Source: Opitutales bacterium
GTDB lineage: Bacteria > Verrucomicrobiota > Verrucomicrobiia > Opitutales > UBA953
DNA: 64,000 nt
Reading direction: 5' to 3'
NCBI GenBank assembly: GCA_040398005.1
Contig: JBBAUX010000007.1
Span: 1-64,000 of the forward strand
Part shown: positions 9,637-19,552 of the stretch, one piece after another
Numbering within the stretch: position 1 is the stretch's first letter
Layout of the letters: every line of letters starts with the position of its first letter
The notes under the pieces: model-generated
The model's database searches: none
What the model was told of the DNA's origin: nothing
The model's input: only the letters and a program-made list of their open reading frames with translations
Translations under genes and position numbers: made by a program

Positions 9637-10515
9637 ATGTGCGCGGCATCCATGACAGGTTTTGGTCGGGCGGAACTTAAACTCGATGGAAAGTCTTACG
9701 CTATCGAAATTGCCTCGGTAAATCAGAAGAATTTACAGATTTCCGTTTATGGTCCGGAGGAGTGGCCGACCCTTGAATCCGTGGTCAGTAACGCCATTCG
9801 CCAACACTTACATCGCGGTAAAGTGACTGTGCGAATTAACTCTGCCGATTTATCAAATCGCTCCGCAACTCAGTGGGATGAAAATAATCTTCGGTCTTTG
9901 TTTGAAGAGTTTCAGGCTCTGGCAAAAAAGTTGAATGTACCCGTCACACCTGATGCTCATTTACTTTTAAGTTTGAGTAATGTCCGGAGTAACAATCGTC
10001 CGAGTTTACCTTCCTTTGATGTTTGTGAAAAAGATGTTTTATCAGCACTCGAGATTGCCGTTAAGCAACTCATGAAAATGCGTGAGGTCGAAGGAAATAC
10101 TTTGGCGAAGGATTTGAAGGCCCGACTCATCAAAATTAATCATAGTGTCGACTTCATGCAGGAGTCTGAAAAGGAAGCTCCAAAGCGTCATCGAGATTTG
10201 ATGCTCAAACGATTAAAAGATATGGGCCTGGAATTAGATTTAGCTGACGAGCGTGTGCTTAAGGAAATTGCGATTTGGACGGATCGTTGTGACATTACCG
10301 AGGAAATCGTCAGGCTGAAAAGTCACCTTCAACAGTTTCAACAAGACTTAGAGGGTGATAAAAATGGGAGAAAATTAGACTTTCTCGTGCAGGAACTGCT
10401 GCGAGAGGCTAATACCGTGGGCAGTAAGGCATCAGAAATAGCCACAACTCGTGCCGTTTTAGAGGTAAAAACTGAAATTGAGAGAATTAGAGAACAGGTG
10501 CAAAATCTTGAATAA
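9637..10515 (+). CDS. yicC: YicC/YloC-family endoribonuclease
   Basis: SMTGFGR, RGKV, DITEEIVRLKSH, GRKLDFLVQE..REANT.GSK, IREQVQNLE. Confidence 0.93.
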   Translation: MCAASMTGFGRAELKLDGKSYAIEIASVNQKNLQISVYGPEEWPTLESVVSNAIRQHLHRGKVTVRINSADLSNRSATQWDENNLRSLFEEFQALAKKLNVPVTPDAHLLLSLSNVRSNNRPSLPSFDVCEKDVLSALEIAVKQLMKMREVEGNTLAKDLKARLIKINHSVDFMQESEKEAPKRHRDLMLKRLKDMGLELDLADERVLKEIAIWTDRCDITEEIVRLKSHLQQFQQDLEGDKNGRKLDFLVQELLREANTVGSKASEIATTRAVLEVKTEIERIREQVQNLE

Positions 10516-10585
10516 ACTTAGGCTAGGGTATTGCCATGACCCCTTTCCTTTGTCTTTCTCTATCAACACTTACTAGTTTTTATCC

Positions 10586-10909
10586 ATGTCTGACAATCTT
10601 ACAAAGCGGCAAATAGTCCTGAAAATTTTTACGGATAAAGGCTACCCACAAAAGCATATTCGCGACAGCGTTCAGTTAACCTTGGACGCGATCACTGAAG
10701 CCTTGCTCGCTGGTCATGATGTGGAGCTCCGTAACTTTGGTGTATTTCAAGTTCAGGTTCGTAAGAGTCGTATCGGTCGTAATCCTAATCGTCCTGAAAC
10801 CGATGTCGTGATTCCTCGACGCGCCGTGATTAAATTTAAAGCCGGTAAAGAACTTAAAGCTAAATTGAAGTCTTATAATATTGATAAGACTGACACGAAG
10901 CCCGAGTAA
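10586..10909 (+). CDS. HU/IHF-family DNA-binding protein
   Basis: VELRNFGVF...RKSRIGRNP...IPRRAVIKFKAGKELK. Confidence 0.93.
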   Translation: MSDNLTKRQIVLKIFTDKGYPQKHIRDSVQLTLDAITEALLAGHDVELRNFGVFQVQVRKSRIGRNPNRPETDVVIPRRAVIKFKAGKELKAKLKSYNIDKTDTKPE

Positions 10910-10919
10910 GTTTTTATCC

Positions 10920-12257
10920 ATGGCAGATATCCGCTCATTACCAGGTTTTAGAGAATTTTATCCTGAAGATAGAGCCATCCAAAATCATCTCTTTACGGTC
11001 TGGCGTCAGGCCTGCCGCCGCTACGGTTTTCGCGAGTGGGAATCCCCTGTGCTCGAGCCTTTAGAGCTATTTACCGAGAAGTCCGGAGAAGAGATCGTTA
11101 AGCAGTTATTCAACTTTGAAGACAAGGGTGGCCGCCAGGTGAGTCTCCGTCCGGAGATGACCCCTTCGCTGGCTCGCATGGTCGGAGCTCGTGCCAACGG
11201 AATGCCGAAACCGATTCGCTGGTTTTCTATCGGTGAAAATTTCCGTTACGAAAAGCCACAGAAAGGACGTCTCCGATCCTTTTATCAGTTGAACGCCGAT
11301 TTACTCGGTGAAGCGAGTGCGACGGCCGACGCTGAACTCATCGCACTCTGCGCTGATTGTTTGTTAGGTTTTGGTCTGACTCAAAAAGATTTTTCGATCC
11401 GAATTTCCGACCGCCAACTCTGGTTTAAATTTTTAGAGAGCGAAAAAGTTCCAACTGAAAAAATCACGGCCGTCTTAGGTGTGGTGGATAAGTTAGAACG
11501 TTCCAGTCCTGGCGATTTACTAGAAGCGATGAAAGCCGTACTTGCGGGTAGTGACTGCGATACCCCTAAATTATTAGCATCGGTTAAAGCTTTCGCATCC
11601 ATTCGTTCACTGGGTGAATTGGAAGTCATTGCCCAGAAGGATGCAGCGATGGCTGCACGTTTACTGGAATGGAAACAATTACTAGTTTCTATTAAAGCCC
11701 TCGGTTTTTCGGAATGTGTATCGATTGATTTAACCATCGTCCGTGGTTTGGCTTATTATACCGGCTTTGTTTTCGAGGCTTTTGAAGTCGGTGCCGAAGC
11801 TCGTGCACTGGCGGGTGGCGGACGTTATGATACTTTAGTTAAGAAATTAGGCGGACCCGATTTACCAGCTGCTGGTTTCGGTATGGGTGATGTAACCGTC
11901 CGTGACTTGTTAGAGTCTAAAAATCTTTTACCTAAGTATTCAGACGGACCGAACTTCTATGTCATGATTCTGGGCGATGATGCTCGCCATGTTGCTCTTG
12001 AGGATATCGCGGCACTTCGTCGCGCCGGCTTCCGGGTCGAATACAATTTACGCGACGGTAAATTCCCTAAATTAATTCAAAGTGCGGAAACCATTGGTGC
12101 ACAATACGCACTAGTTTACGGTGGTGAAGAAGTCGCTAAAGGAATTACCAAGGTCAGAAGTTTAACCGATCGCACCGAAGCGACCATTCCTCGCACCGAC
12201 ATCATTCCCGCACTGCGCGCTGTATTAGAAGAAGGCATGCGTGCCATTCTTCCCTAA
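10920..12257 (+). CDS. hisS: Histidine--tRNA ligase
   Basis: LRPEMT, FRYEKPQKGRLRSFYQ, RGLAYYTG, GGGRYD; start set at MADIRS. Confidence 0.96.
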   Translation: MADIRSLPGFREFYPEDRAIQNHLFTVWRQACRRYGFREWESPVLEPLELFTEKSGEEIVKQLFNFEDKGGRQVSLRPEMTPSLARMVGARANGMPKPIRWFSIGENFRYEKPQKGRLRSFYQLNADLLGEASATADAELIALCADCLLGFGLTQKDFSIRISDRQLWFKFLESEKVPTEKITAVLGVVDKLERSSPGDLLEAMKAVLAGSDCDTPKLLASVKAFASIRSLGELEVIAQKDAAMAARLLEWKQLLVSIKALGFSECVSIDLTIVRGLAYYTGFVFEAFEVGAEARALAGGGRYDTLVKKLGGPDLPAAGFGMGDVTVRDLLESKNLLPKYSDGPNFYVMILGDDARHVALEDIAALRRAGFRVEYNLRDGKFPKLIQSAETIGAQYALVYGGEEVAKGITKVRSLTDRTEATIPRTDIIPALRAVLEEGMRAILP

Positions 12258-12260
12258 GCA

Positions 12261-13856
12261 ATGAACGAACAGTCGCGCCAATATCGGAACATGGCGAAGA
12301 CGGCGTCGTGGACGATGGTCTCGCGTATTTTAGGTTTAGTCCGCGACCAATTAATTGCGGCATTTTTTGGTGCGGGTATCGTGGCGTCAGCTTTTTTATT
12401 CGCGTTTCAGATTCCTAATTTATTTCGCCGACTCTTGGGTGAAGGAGCTCTGACCGCAGCGACCATTCCAGTCTTAGCCGCTAAAGCAAATGAAGGTGGC
12501 ACCAAGGAATCCTACGCGTTCTTAAATTATATCGTCCGTCGAATGTTGCCATGGATGTTGGGCATAATGTTGGTCGGTATGGGCGGTGCATTACTCTGGT
12601 TTCTCTTAGCAGCGAATGATCAACAAAGGTATGCGGCAGAACTTACGGCGTGGTGTATGCCCTACATGCCTTTGATTTGTATCGCGGCACTATTTACCTC
12701 AGCGGTCAATTTGAGTGGTCGATTCGGCTTAGCGGAAATTGCTTCATCCGCTTTAAACCTTTGTATGATTTTGGGTTTAGGTTTCTTTGGATACTATCTG
12801 GCCGATACTCCGATGGGTCAGGCGCGTTGGCTGTGTGCGGGTGCCGTTGCGGGCGGTGTTTTGCAGTTACTGATACCCATGTGGGGTCTCCAGCAAGCGG
12901 GTTGGAAAAGTCATCCAGTGCATGCCGATGAAAAAGCCTGGAGCGCTCTAAGAATCGCGTTTGTTCCGGCGGCTCTGGGTGCTGGTATTCTGCAGATCAA
13001 CTTTTTAATTTCCCGAAGTCTTGCCTTCAACGTCGATGGAGCCGGTTTAACTTACTACTACATCGCGAATCGTATTGTGGAGTTACCCATCGGACTATTT
13101 TCAACGTCGATTGCCACCGTGATGTTTCCAGCGATGGCTACGGCTTTTGCGCAAAATAATTCTGATGCCCTCAGTCGAAACTACGCACGCGGTATGCGTT
13201 TGATTCTAGCCATCAATATTGCCGCTGCGGTTGGCTTCGTGGTTTTCTCCAGAGAAATTGTGCAAGTGCTTTTTGAATTTGGAAAATTTAAGTTGGAGGA
13301 CTGTGAGAATACCCGCCTCGTGCTTTGTCTTTTCGCTTTAGCGATGCCATTCCATGCGATGATCTCGATGGTTACGCGGGCCTTGAATGTGATCGGTAAT
13401 ACTACGGCGACATTCCGCGTGGCTTTACAATCTGTCTCGGTCAACGTGGTCGCCTCGATCTTTGTCGTTTGGAAAGGTTATGGAATTGAGGGCCTAGCTT
13501 GTGCTAATGCCGTCGCGGCGATGATGCAGTATGTTTTACTACGCATGGAGCTTAAAAAATCTGCCCCTTACGTCTTAGCTGAATCACTTTTAAAGCCTTG
13601 TGGACAAGCTATCGTGGGATCGCTCTTGATGGGTGGCATTGCGTACCAGATTTTCCATTTCGTAAATCCGCTGTTACATCGCTGGGATGTTCTGAATTCG
13701 AAAATCGCTTTATTCACGGCGATGAGTATCGCCGCAGCCATCGCCGCCGCCGTCTATGCCGCCATTCTTTATTGGTGGAAATATCCGGAGCGGGATATGC
13801 TGACGGATGCGCTCAAAAAAGTTAAGCATCGTCTGGGCATAAGGACCGACGCCTAA
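12261..13856 (+). CDS. murJ: Lipid II flippase MurJ (MviN)
   Basis: SRILGLVRD, AFQIPNLFRRLLGEGAL, ANRIVELPIG; many TM helices. Confidence 0.96.
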   Translation: MNEQSRQYRNMAKTASWTMVSRILGLVRDQLIAAFFGAGIVASAFLFAFQIPNLFRRLLGEGALTAATIPVLAAKANEGGTKESYAFLNYIVRRMLPWMLGIMLVGMGGALLWFLLAANDQQRYAAELTAWCMPYMPLICIAALFTSAVNLSGRFGLAEIASSALNLCMILGLGFFGYYLADTPMGQARWLCAGAVAGGVLQLLIPMWGLQQAGWKSHPVHADEKAWSALRIAFVPAALGAGILQINFLISRSLAFNVDGAGLTYYYIANRIVELPIGLFSTSIATVMFPAMATAFAQNNSDALSRNYARGMRLILAINIAAAVGFVVFSREIVQVLFEFGKFKLEDCENTRLVLCLFALAMPFHAMISMVTRALNVIGNTTATFRVALQSVSVNVVASIFVVWKGYGIEGLACANAVAAMMQYVLLRMELKKSAPYVLAESLLKPCGQAIVGSLLMGGIAYQIFHFVNPLLHRWDVLNSKIALFTAMSIAAAIAAAVYAAILYWWKYPERDMLTDALKKVKHRLGIRTDA

Positions 13857-13857
13857 G

Positions 13858-14697
13858 TTACTTTTTACGGTACTTGAAATTCAGAGCGGCTAAGATGGCG
13901 ACTGTTTCAGCATCGGCCTCGCCATTCACTTTAGAAGTCCGGAAGTGTCTTTGAAATGCTTCGACGGTCGACTTGATGGTCTTAGTTTCAGAGTTTTCTG
14001 GTCGGTATCCATAAGTCTTAAACATTTCAAATAGTTCAGAATTACTTGGGACATTTTTAGTATACAGAATTTTAAAACGGGCGACATCGGCATCATCGGG
14101 CCAGGCACCCACGCCGCTTTCGGCCAAAAGTTTCCAAGGGAAATTACTGCCGGGATCTACTTTGCGACCGATGGCGATATCAGAATGCGCCAGCACGTTC
14201 GTCGCGGGAATATTGTGTCGTTTAATAATATCGAGTGACACATTGATTACTTTGGTAATTTGCGCTTTGGGATACACCTTAGTGTTACCATCGAGATTCA
14301 CGATTTCGATACCGATGGACGCTTGATTCATACTTTTAACATTTAGCCATTTGCTTCGGCCGGCATGGGACGTGGAAAACTCTTCGGAAGCTAATTTGAA
14401 AACTCTGGGTACAGTTTCATCGCTTACCAAATAATGAATGCCGACCTTATGCTGAGGGTCTTTGCCTCTGAGGATCTCTAGGGCGGAGGGCAGGGGCACA
14501 GCGGTATGATGGAGAATAAGGTAGGTGACTGGGACCGAACGCGACATGATGGCTTCGCAACTCAAACACGCATCTGCGGGATAGGTGCCAATCGCCGCGG
14601 GCTTTTTATCGGTTTGTTGAGTGGCACAGCCGCCTAAAAACAAACTCATAAGTACCGATAGGCAGACTGAATCTAATGAGTGGTTTCGTGCAAACAT
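13858..14697 (-). CDS. amiD: N-acetylmuramoyl-L-alanine amidase (Amidase_2 plus PG-binding domain), lipoprotein
   Basis: Lipobox LGGC; HHTA, HYLV, HAG, SIGIEI, HSDIA..RK.DPG; AFQRHF...G.AD.ET. Confidence 0.88.
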   Translation of the reverse strand: MFARNHSLDSVCLSVLMSLFLGGCATQQTDKKPAAIGTYPADACLSCEAIMSRSVPVTYLILHHTAVPLPSALEILRGKDPQHKVGIHYLVSDETVPRVFKLASEEFSTSHAGRSKWLNVKSMNQASIGIEIVNLDGNTKVYPKAQITKVINVSLDIIKRHNIPATNVLAHSDIAIGRKVDPGSNFPWKLLAESGVGAWPDDADVARFKILYTKNVPSNSELFEMFKTYGYRPENSETKTIKSTVEAFQRHFRTSKVNGEADAETVAILAALNFKYRKK

Positions 14698-14866
14698 TGT
14701 GCGTATTTCCTAAAGACTATAGAGAGGTAGGATAGACCCCAAGATTAAACACAAATTATTGGTATTGAGCCTGTATTTGTTATATAATTACCAATTAGAC
14801 ATAATGTATATTGTGCGAAATACAAGATTGGGTGGGTTCGGGGTTGGTAATCGGCTTGCCATTTAC

Positions 14867-14884
14867 ATGACTGACAACAATCAT
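14867..14884. promoter_or_regulatory. Candidate DeoR operator: imperfect palindrome ATGACTG-ACAA-CAATCAT
   Basis: Inverted repeat matching at 6 of 7 positions, lying between TTTACA and TATAAA boxes, 13 bp before the deoR ATG. Confidence 0.4.
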
Positions 14885-14897
14885 ATAAATTACCCAT

Positions 14898-15674
14898 ATG
14901 AAAGTCGCCCGTCACGTTATCGAAGCCCGCCGCGATGCAATCGCAAAACTCCTTGGCAATGTTGGTTACGTCCCTGTCTTGGAAATCTGTAAGCAGTTTA
15001 ATGTTTCCGAAGCTACCGCTCGTCGCGATCTTACAGAGTTAGAAAGTCAGCGTCGTTTGACCAGAACTCATGGTGGGGCTTTATCGGACTTCAATCGAAA
15101 CTTCCCGCCACTCGATTCACGTAAAACGGATGAAGCTGAAGCCAAACAAAAAGTCGGACTCAAAGCTGCGAGTTATGTTAAGGCTGGTATGACCATCTAT
15201 ATCGATTCTGGTTCAACCGTTCATTGTGCTGCTGAAGCCATTGTCGCGGCCCGTATTCCTGATTTACAAATTATCACCACCAGCATTCCGACCGCTCAGT
15301 TGGTTTGTACCTTACCCGGCGTCGAAGTTTATATTCCTGGTGGATTGTATCTGGCCCAACAAGCCATGGTCGCGGGCGATCGCACTTTAGAGGAAGTTGC
15401 CCGATGGAATTTTGATTTAGCCTTACTCGGCGCCCAAGGTATTGATGAAAACGGACTCTGGAATTCTCAGCGCGATATCTCTCACCAGCAACGCGAAGTG
15501 ATTCGTCGCAGTGACCAAACCCTTATTTGCATGCACAAGTCTAAGCTTGGTCGTACCGGTCCCAGTGCTGTGACCCGTGACATTGCCCCTTTATATTTGG
15601 TGATTGATACCGATGCGGCGACGGTCGCTAAGGCAAAAGTAAAAATGCCAGCCCAGCACATCATCACCGCCTAA
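14898..15674 (+). CDS. DeoR/GlpR-family transcriptional regulator of the deoxy-sugar operon
   Basis: HTH FNVSEATARRDL..LE...RTHGGA; IYIDSGST sugar-phosphate-binding domain. Confidence 0.94.
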   Translation: MKVARHVIEARRDAIAKLLGNVGYVPVLEICKQFNVSEATARRDLTELESQRRLTRTHGGALSDFNRNFPPLDSRKTDEAEAKQKVGLKAASYVKAGMTIYIDSGSTVHCAAEAIVAARIPDLQIITTSIPTAQLVCTLPGVEVYIPGGLYLAQQAMVAGDRTLEEVARWNFDLALLGAQGIDENGLWNSQRDISHQQREVIRRSDQTLICMHKSKLGRTGPSAVTRDIAPLYLVIDTDAATVAKAKVKMPAQHIITA

Positions 15675-15694
15675 TCTTATCACCTACCCTACTC

Positions 15695-17308
15695 GTGAAA
15701 AAAAATATTCTCTACTTGGTCGCTAACGGCGATCTTCGCGCTTCCGCTAATCAGAAGTGTGAAAAAGAACAATTAGCGATGGAGGCGAAATTAATTTCGG
15801 CCCTTCGTGTGCTCGGTTACACGGTAAAGCGTGCGCACGGATATCGCTCTGATGTGAAGCACAGCTTCATCGACTCTCAAAAATACGGCATCCAAGTTTT
15901 CAGTAAAATTCCCCAAGACGCTCCGGTGATTGTGGCCGAAGCTGTCTGGCAATACTCTCACCACATTCTTCCTGGTTTGTTAACTCATACTGGGCCTATT
16001 CTAACGCTGGCTAATTGGTCAGGCGTTTGGCCGGGTCTCGTCGGCATGTTGAATCTCAATGGTTCACTCCTTAAAGCGGGCGTTAAATTCTCCTCGTTAT
16101 GGAGCGAAGATTTCACCGATGAGAAATTTAAAAACGGTTTAGTAGCTTGGCTCAAGAAAGGTGAAGTCAAACACGCCACACCTCATGTGAAGTCCTTAAG
16201 TCGTCCGCTGGCGGGTGCTGACGCTTCAGTCGGTCGTCGCTTCGCCCAAGATTTCCGTTCCAAAAAAGCCATCATGGGTGTCTTTGACGAAGGTTGTATG
16301 GGTATGTACAACGCGATCATCCCTGACGAGATCATTCACCCTACCGGAGTTTATAAAGAACGTCTCAGTCAGTCTTCTTTATACGCTGAGATGTTAACCG
16401 TGAAAGATGCCGAAGCACAGAAGGCTTTAAACTGGTTACTCAAAAAAGGTATGAAATTTGCTTGGGGTAAGAATGAAAAGACTGAACTCACCAAGGCTCA
16501 GACGATCGCCCAATTGAAAATGTACATCGCCGCTGTGCGTATTGCTGATGACTTCGGCTGTGCCACCATCGGTATTCAGTATCAACAAGGTCTGAAGGAT
16601 CTCGCACCAGCCTCGGATCTCGTGGAAGGCCTCTTAAATAATCGCGAGCGCCCTCCGGTCTTGGATCGCGCGAACAAACGTGAATTATTTAAAGGTGAAG
16701 CCCTCCCTCACTTTAATGAAGTCGATGAGTGTGCTGGTCTCGACGGTTTAATCACTTATCACTTGTGGAAGAAATTAGGATTCGAACCTGAGAACACTCT
16801 GCACGATTTACGTTGGGGCCGTCAGTATGTCGGTCCATCAGGCAAGAAGATGATCGATGAGTACGTCTGGGTCTTCTTAATTTCTGGTGCCGCTCCCGTC
16901 CAACATTTCATTGGTGGATATAAAGGAACGGTTTCCGAAAGACAGCCGGCCATGTATTTCCGTTTAGGCGGTGGCACGGTTAAAGGCGTTTCCAAACCAG
17001 GCTGGATTGTTTGGTCTCGTATTTTCGTTCGTGATAATGAACTCCACGCAGACTTGGGTGTCGCTGAAGTCATTGCCTTGCCTCAGGCTGAAACCGAAGA
17101 TCGCTGGCAAAAATCCACTCCGCAGTGGCCCATCATGCACACCGTGCTCTCGGGCATTTCTCGCGATGAGATGATGGCTCGCCACCCTTCTAACCACATA
17201 CAAGTGGTCTATACACCCTCCCCTGCCGGCGCAAAACGCGGATTATTGGCTAAAGCGGCCGCTTTCCAGGAATTAGGCATCAAGGTGTCCCTTTGTGGTA
17301 AGTTCTAA
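15695..17308 (+). CDS. L-fucose isomerase-like (FucI/AraA superfamily) sugar isomerase
   Basis: GIQYQ, HFNEVDE, LHD and C-terminal SNHIQVVY resemble the FucI Mn-ligand segments; operon context. Confidence 0.7.
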   Translation: MKKNILYLVANGDLRASANQKCEKEQLAMEAKLISALRVLGYTVKRAHGYRSDVKHSFIDSQKYGIQVFSKIPQDAPVIVAEAVWQYSHHILPGLLTHTGPILTLANWSGVWPGLVGMLNLNGSLLKAGVKFSSLWSEDFTDEKFKNGLVAWLKKGEVKHATPHVKSLSRPLAGADASVGRRFAQDFRSKKAIMGVFDEGCMGMYNAIIPDEIIHPTGVYKERLSQSSLYAEMLTVKDAEAQKALNWLLKKGMKFAWGKNEKTELTKAQTIAQLKMYIAAVRIADDFGCATIGIQYQQGLKDLAPASDLVEGLLNNRERPPVLDRANKRELFKGEALPHFNEVDECAGLDGLITYHLWKKLGFEPENTLHDLRWGRQYVGPSGKKMIDEYVWVFLISGAAPVQHFIGGYKGTVSERQPAMYFRLGGGTVKGVSKPGWIVWSRIFVRDNELHADLGVAEVIALPQAETEDRWQKSTPQWPIMHTVLSGISRDEMMARHPSNHIQVVYTPSPAGAKRGLLAKAAAFQELGIKVSLCGKF

Positions 17309-17309
17309 G

Positions 17310-18071
17310 ATGAGTACCGAAGCTAAGGACCTAAATCCACTCTTAGAGTTGTCGCACCAAATGGGTTCGCCCACGTTGCGTATGGCTATTTTGGGTGAAG
17401 GTAATTCATCCATGAAATTGAATGATGAAACTTTCGCGGTAAAAGCATCCGGCACTAATCTGGAAAAACTACAGACGACGGATGTCGCCGTTTGTCGCTT
17501 CGATAAGCTTCTACCACTGTTTAATGAAAGAGATCTAAGTGACGCAGCGATTGATAAAGCGTTGTTTGATTCACGTGTAGACTCGAATGCCAAAAAGCCT
17601 TCGATTGAAGCGCTCTTTCACGCATGGCTCTTAACTCTGCCCGGCGTCAACTGCGTCGGCCACGTTCACGCCATCGCCGTAAATCAAATTCTCTGTTCTC
17701 CACGCGCGAAGGAATTCGCAACGCAAAGACTTTTTCCTGATGAAGTGGTGCTTTGCGGAACTGAATCCGTTTTAGTGCCTTATGTTGATCCAGGTTTGAG
17801 TTTAGCTAAGGCGATTCGCGATGAAACGCTCTTGTATGTTCGTCGCACCGGACGTGAACCCAAAGTTATTCTGCTGAAGAATCACGGAATCATCGCCGTG
17901 GGATCTAGCCCCAAGGCGGTCATGGGCACCTTGCTCATGGCTGAAAAGTCTGCGCAAATATTTGTCGGCGCCGCCACCCTCGGTGGACCTGATTTCATGT
18001 CAGCTGGACAAGTCGAACGCATTGCCGGTCGACCTGACGAACACTACCGCCAAAAAATGCTCGGACAATAA
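17310..18071 (+). CDS. Class II aldolase/adducin family protein (ketose-1-phosphate aldolase)
   Basis: GEGNSS, VKASG, PSIEALFH, HVH and LKNHG Zn-binding motifs. Confidence 0.9.
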   Translation: MSTEAKDLNPLLELSHQMGSPTLRMAILGEGNSSMKLNDETFAVKASGTNLEKLQTTDVAVCRFDKLLPLFNERDLSDAAIDKALFDSRVDSNAKKPSIEALFHAWLLTLPGVNCVGHVHAIAVNQILCSPRAKEFATQRLFPDEVVLCGTESVLVPYVDPGLSLAKAIRDETLLYVRRTGREPKVILLKNHGIIAVGSSPKAVMGTLLMAEKSAQIFVGAATLGGPDFMSAGQVERIAGRPDEHYRQKMLGQ

Positions 18072-19540
18072 TGTCACACTACCTTGCCATTGATTTAGGA
18101 GCAGAATCGGGTCGCGTGATCCGTGGTTCGCTCCGTTCTGGCAAATTGAGTATGACTGAAGTTCACCGTTTTTCGAATGGTGCGATAAAACACAAAGGCA
18201 CCTTACGCTGGGATTTTCCACGACTCATTAAAGAAATTGAAATCGGTTTACAGAAAGCGGCGAAACTGGGGCCAGTGAAATCGATTGGCTGCGACTCTTG
18301 GGGAGTGGATTATGTTTTAATTAATCAAGCCGGCGAAGTGATCGACTTACCTTATTGCTATCGTGACGAACGCACCGACGCCACCTTTGCTGAAATTCAG
18401 AAAAAGCTGTCACCTCAAAAGATTTTCAGTGCCACGGGTATTGGCTCTCTTTCTATCAATACGCTTTATCAGTTATATGCTGATTTCAAAACCCGTCCAA
18501 AGGTTTTAAAGAATACCGATAAATTCTTACTCATCGGTGATGCCGTGAGTTGGAAACTTACTGGAAAAATTTGCGCGGAAGAAACTTTGATATCGGGTAG
18601 TCAATTATGGGATACTAGTAGAAATCAATGGGCATGGCCCTTGATTGAAAAGCTGAACATTCCGAAACATCTTTTCCCTGAGACCATTCAGCCTGGAAAA
18701 GTCATCGCGAAGCTTTCACCAGCGTTAGAGAAAAAAACTAAACTTAAAAATGTTCAAGTAGTTGCCGTCTGCGCACATGATACTGCTTCGGCGGTGGCGG
18801 CAGTTCCTGCACCTAAGGGAAATCAATGGGCCTACCTTTCATCCGGAACTTGGTCGTTGCTCGGCGTTGAACTCAATAAGCCCTTGATCAATGAGGCTGT
18901 GCGTAAAGCGAATTTCACCAATGAAATCGGTCATAATCGCACGACTCGCTTCCTGAAATGTTTGGTGGGACTTTGGATTTTACAGGAATGTCGCCGCGAA
19001 TGGGTTAAGGCTGATAAGAAGCTCGATTATTCAAGCATCACCCAACAGGCAGAAAAATCTGCTGAGCTACGTTCTTTGATTAGACCCGATGATGGTCGAT
19101 TCTCAAAAATGGGTAGCATGGTTAAAAAAGTCCAAGACTACTGTCGTGAGACTAAACAACCCATTCCTCAATCTGTCGGTGAAATCACCCGCTGTATTTT
19201 GGATTCTTTAGCTCTCCTCTACCGAGCAGAGTTAGATGGCCTCGAAAAACTTACCCGTCGAAAAATCAAACAACTCCATATCGTGGGTGGCGGATGTCGT
19301 AACGACGTATTAAATCAGGCGACCGCGAATGCCACAGGTCGCCTTATTGTAACCGGTCCCGTTGAAGCTACGGCTATGGGAAATATTCTGGTGCAAGCGA
19401 TGGCGACGAAAGAACTCAAAAATATTGAAGAACTTCGCAAGGTCGTGCGTCGCTCGAATCAATTTAAAACCTTTAAGCCGAAGTCTGCAGCACCCTGGGC
19501 TAAGGCCTACTCCACTTTCCAAAAACTTCCTAAATCTTAA
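18071..19540 (+). CDS. rhaB: Rhamnulokinase / L-fuculokinase (FGGY kinase)
   Basis: AIDLGAESGR, DSWGVDY, YRDERT, HDTASAV, LSSGTWSLLG, FTNE, GPVEATAMGN. Confidence 0.92.
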   Translation: MSHYLAIDLGAESGRVIRGSLRSGKLSMTEVHRFSNGAIKHKGTLRWDFPRLIKEIEIGLQKAAKLGPVKSIGCDSWGVDYVLINQAGEVIDLPYCYRDERTDATFAEIQKKLSPQKIFSATGIGSLSINTLYQLYADFKTRPKVLKNTDKFLLIGDAVSWKLTGKICAEETLISGSQLWDTSRNQWAWPLIEKLNIPKHLFPETIQPGKVIAKLSPALEKKTKLKNVQVVAVCAHDTASAVAAVPAPKGNQWAYLSSGTWSLLGVELNKPLINEAVRKANFTNEIGHNRTTRFLKCLVGLWILQECRREWVKADKKLDYSSITQQAEKSAELRSLIRPDDGRFSKMGSMVKKVQDYCRETKQPIPQSVGEITRCILDSLALLYRAELDGLEKLTRRKIKQLHIVGGGCRNDVLNQATANATGRLIVTGPVEATAMGNILVQAMATKELKNIEELRKVVRRSNQFKTFKPKSAAPWAKAYSTFQKLPKS

Positions 19541-19552
19541 TATTAAAATATC

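Noticed and set aside
14759..14992. 77-aa ORF upstream of and overlapping deoR
   Set aside because: It spans the AT-rich promoter region and overlaps deoR out of frame; no recognisable motifs
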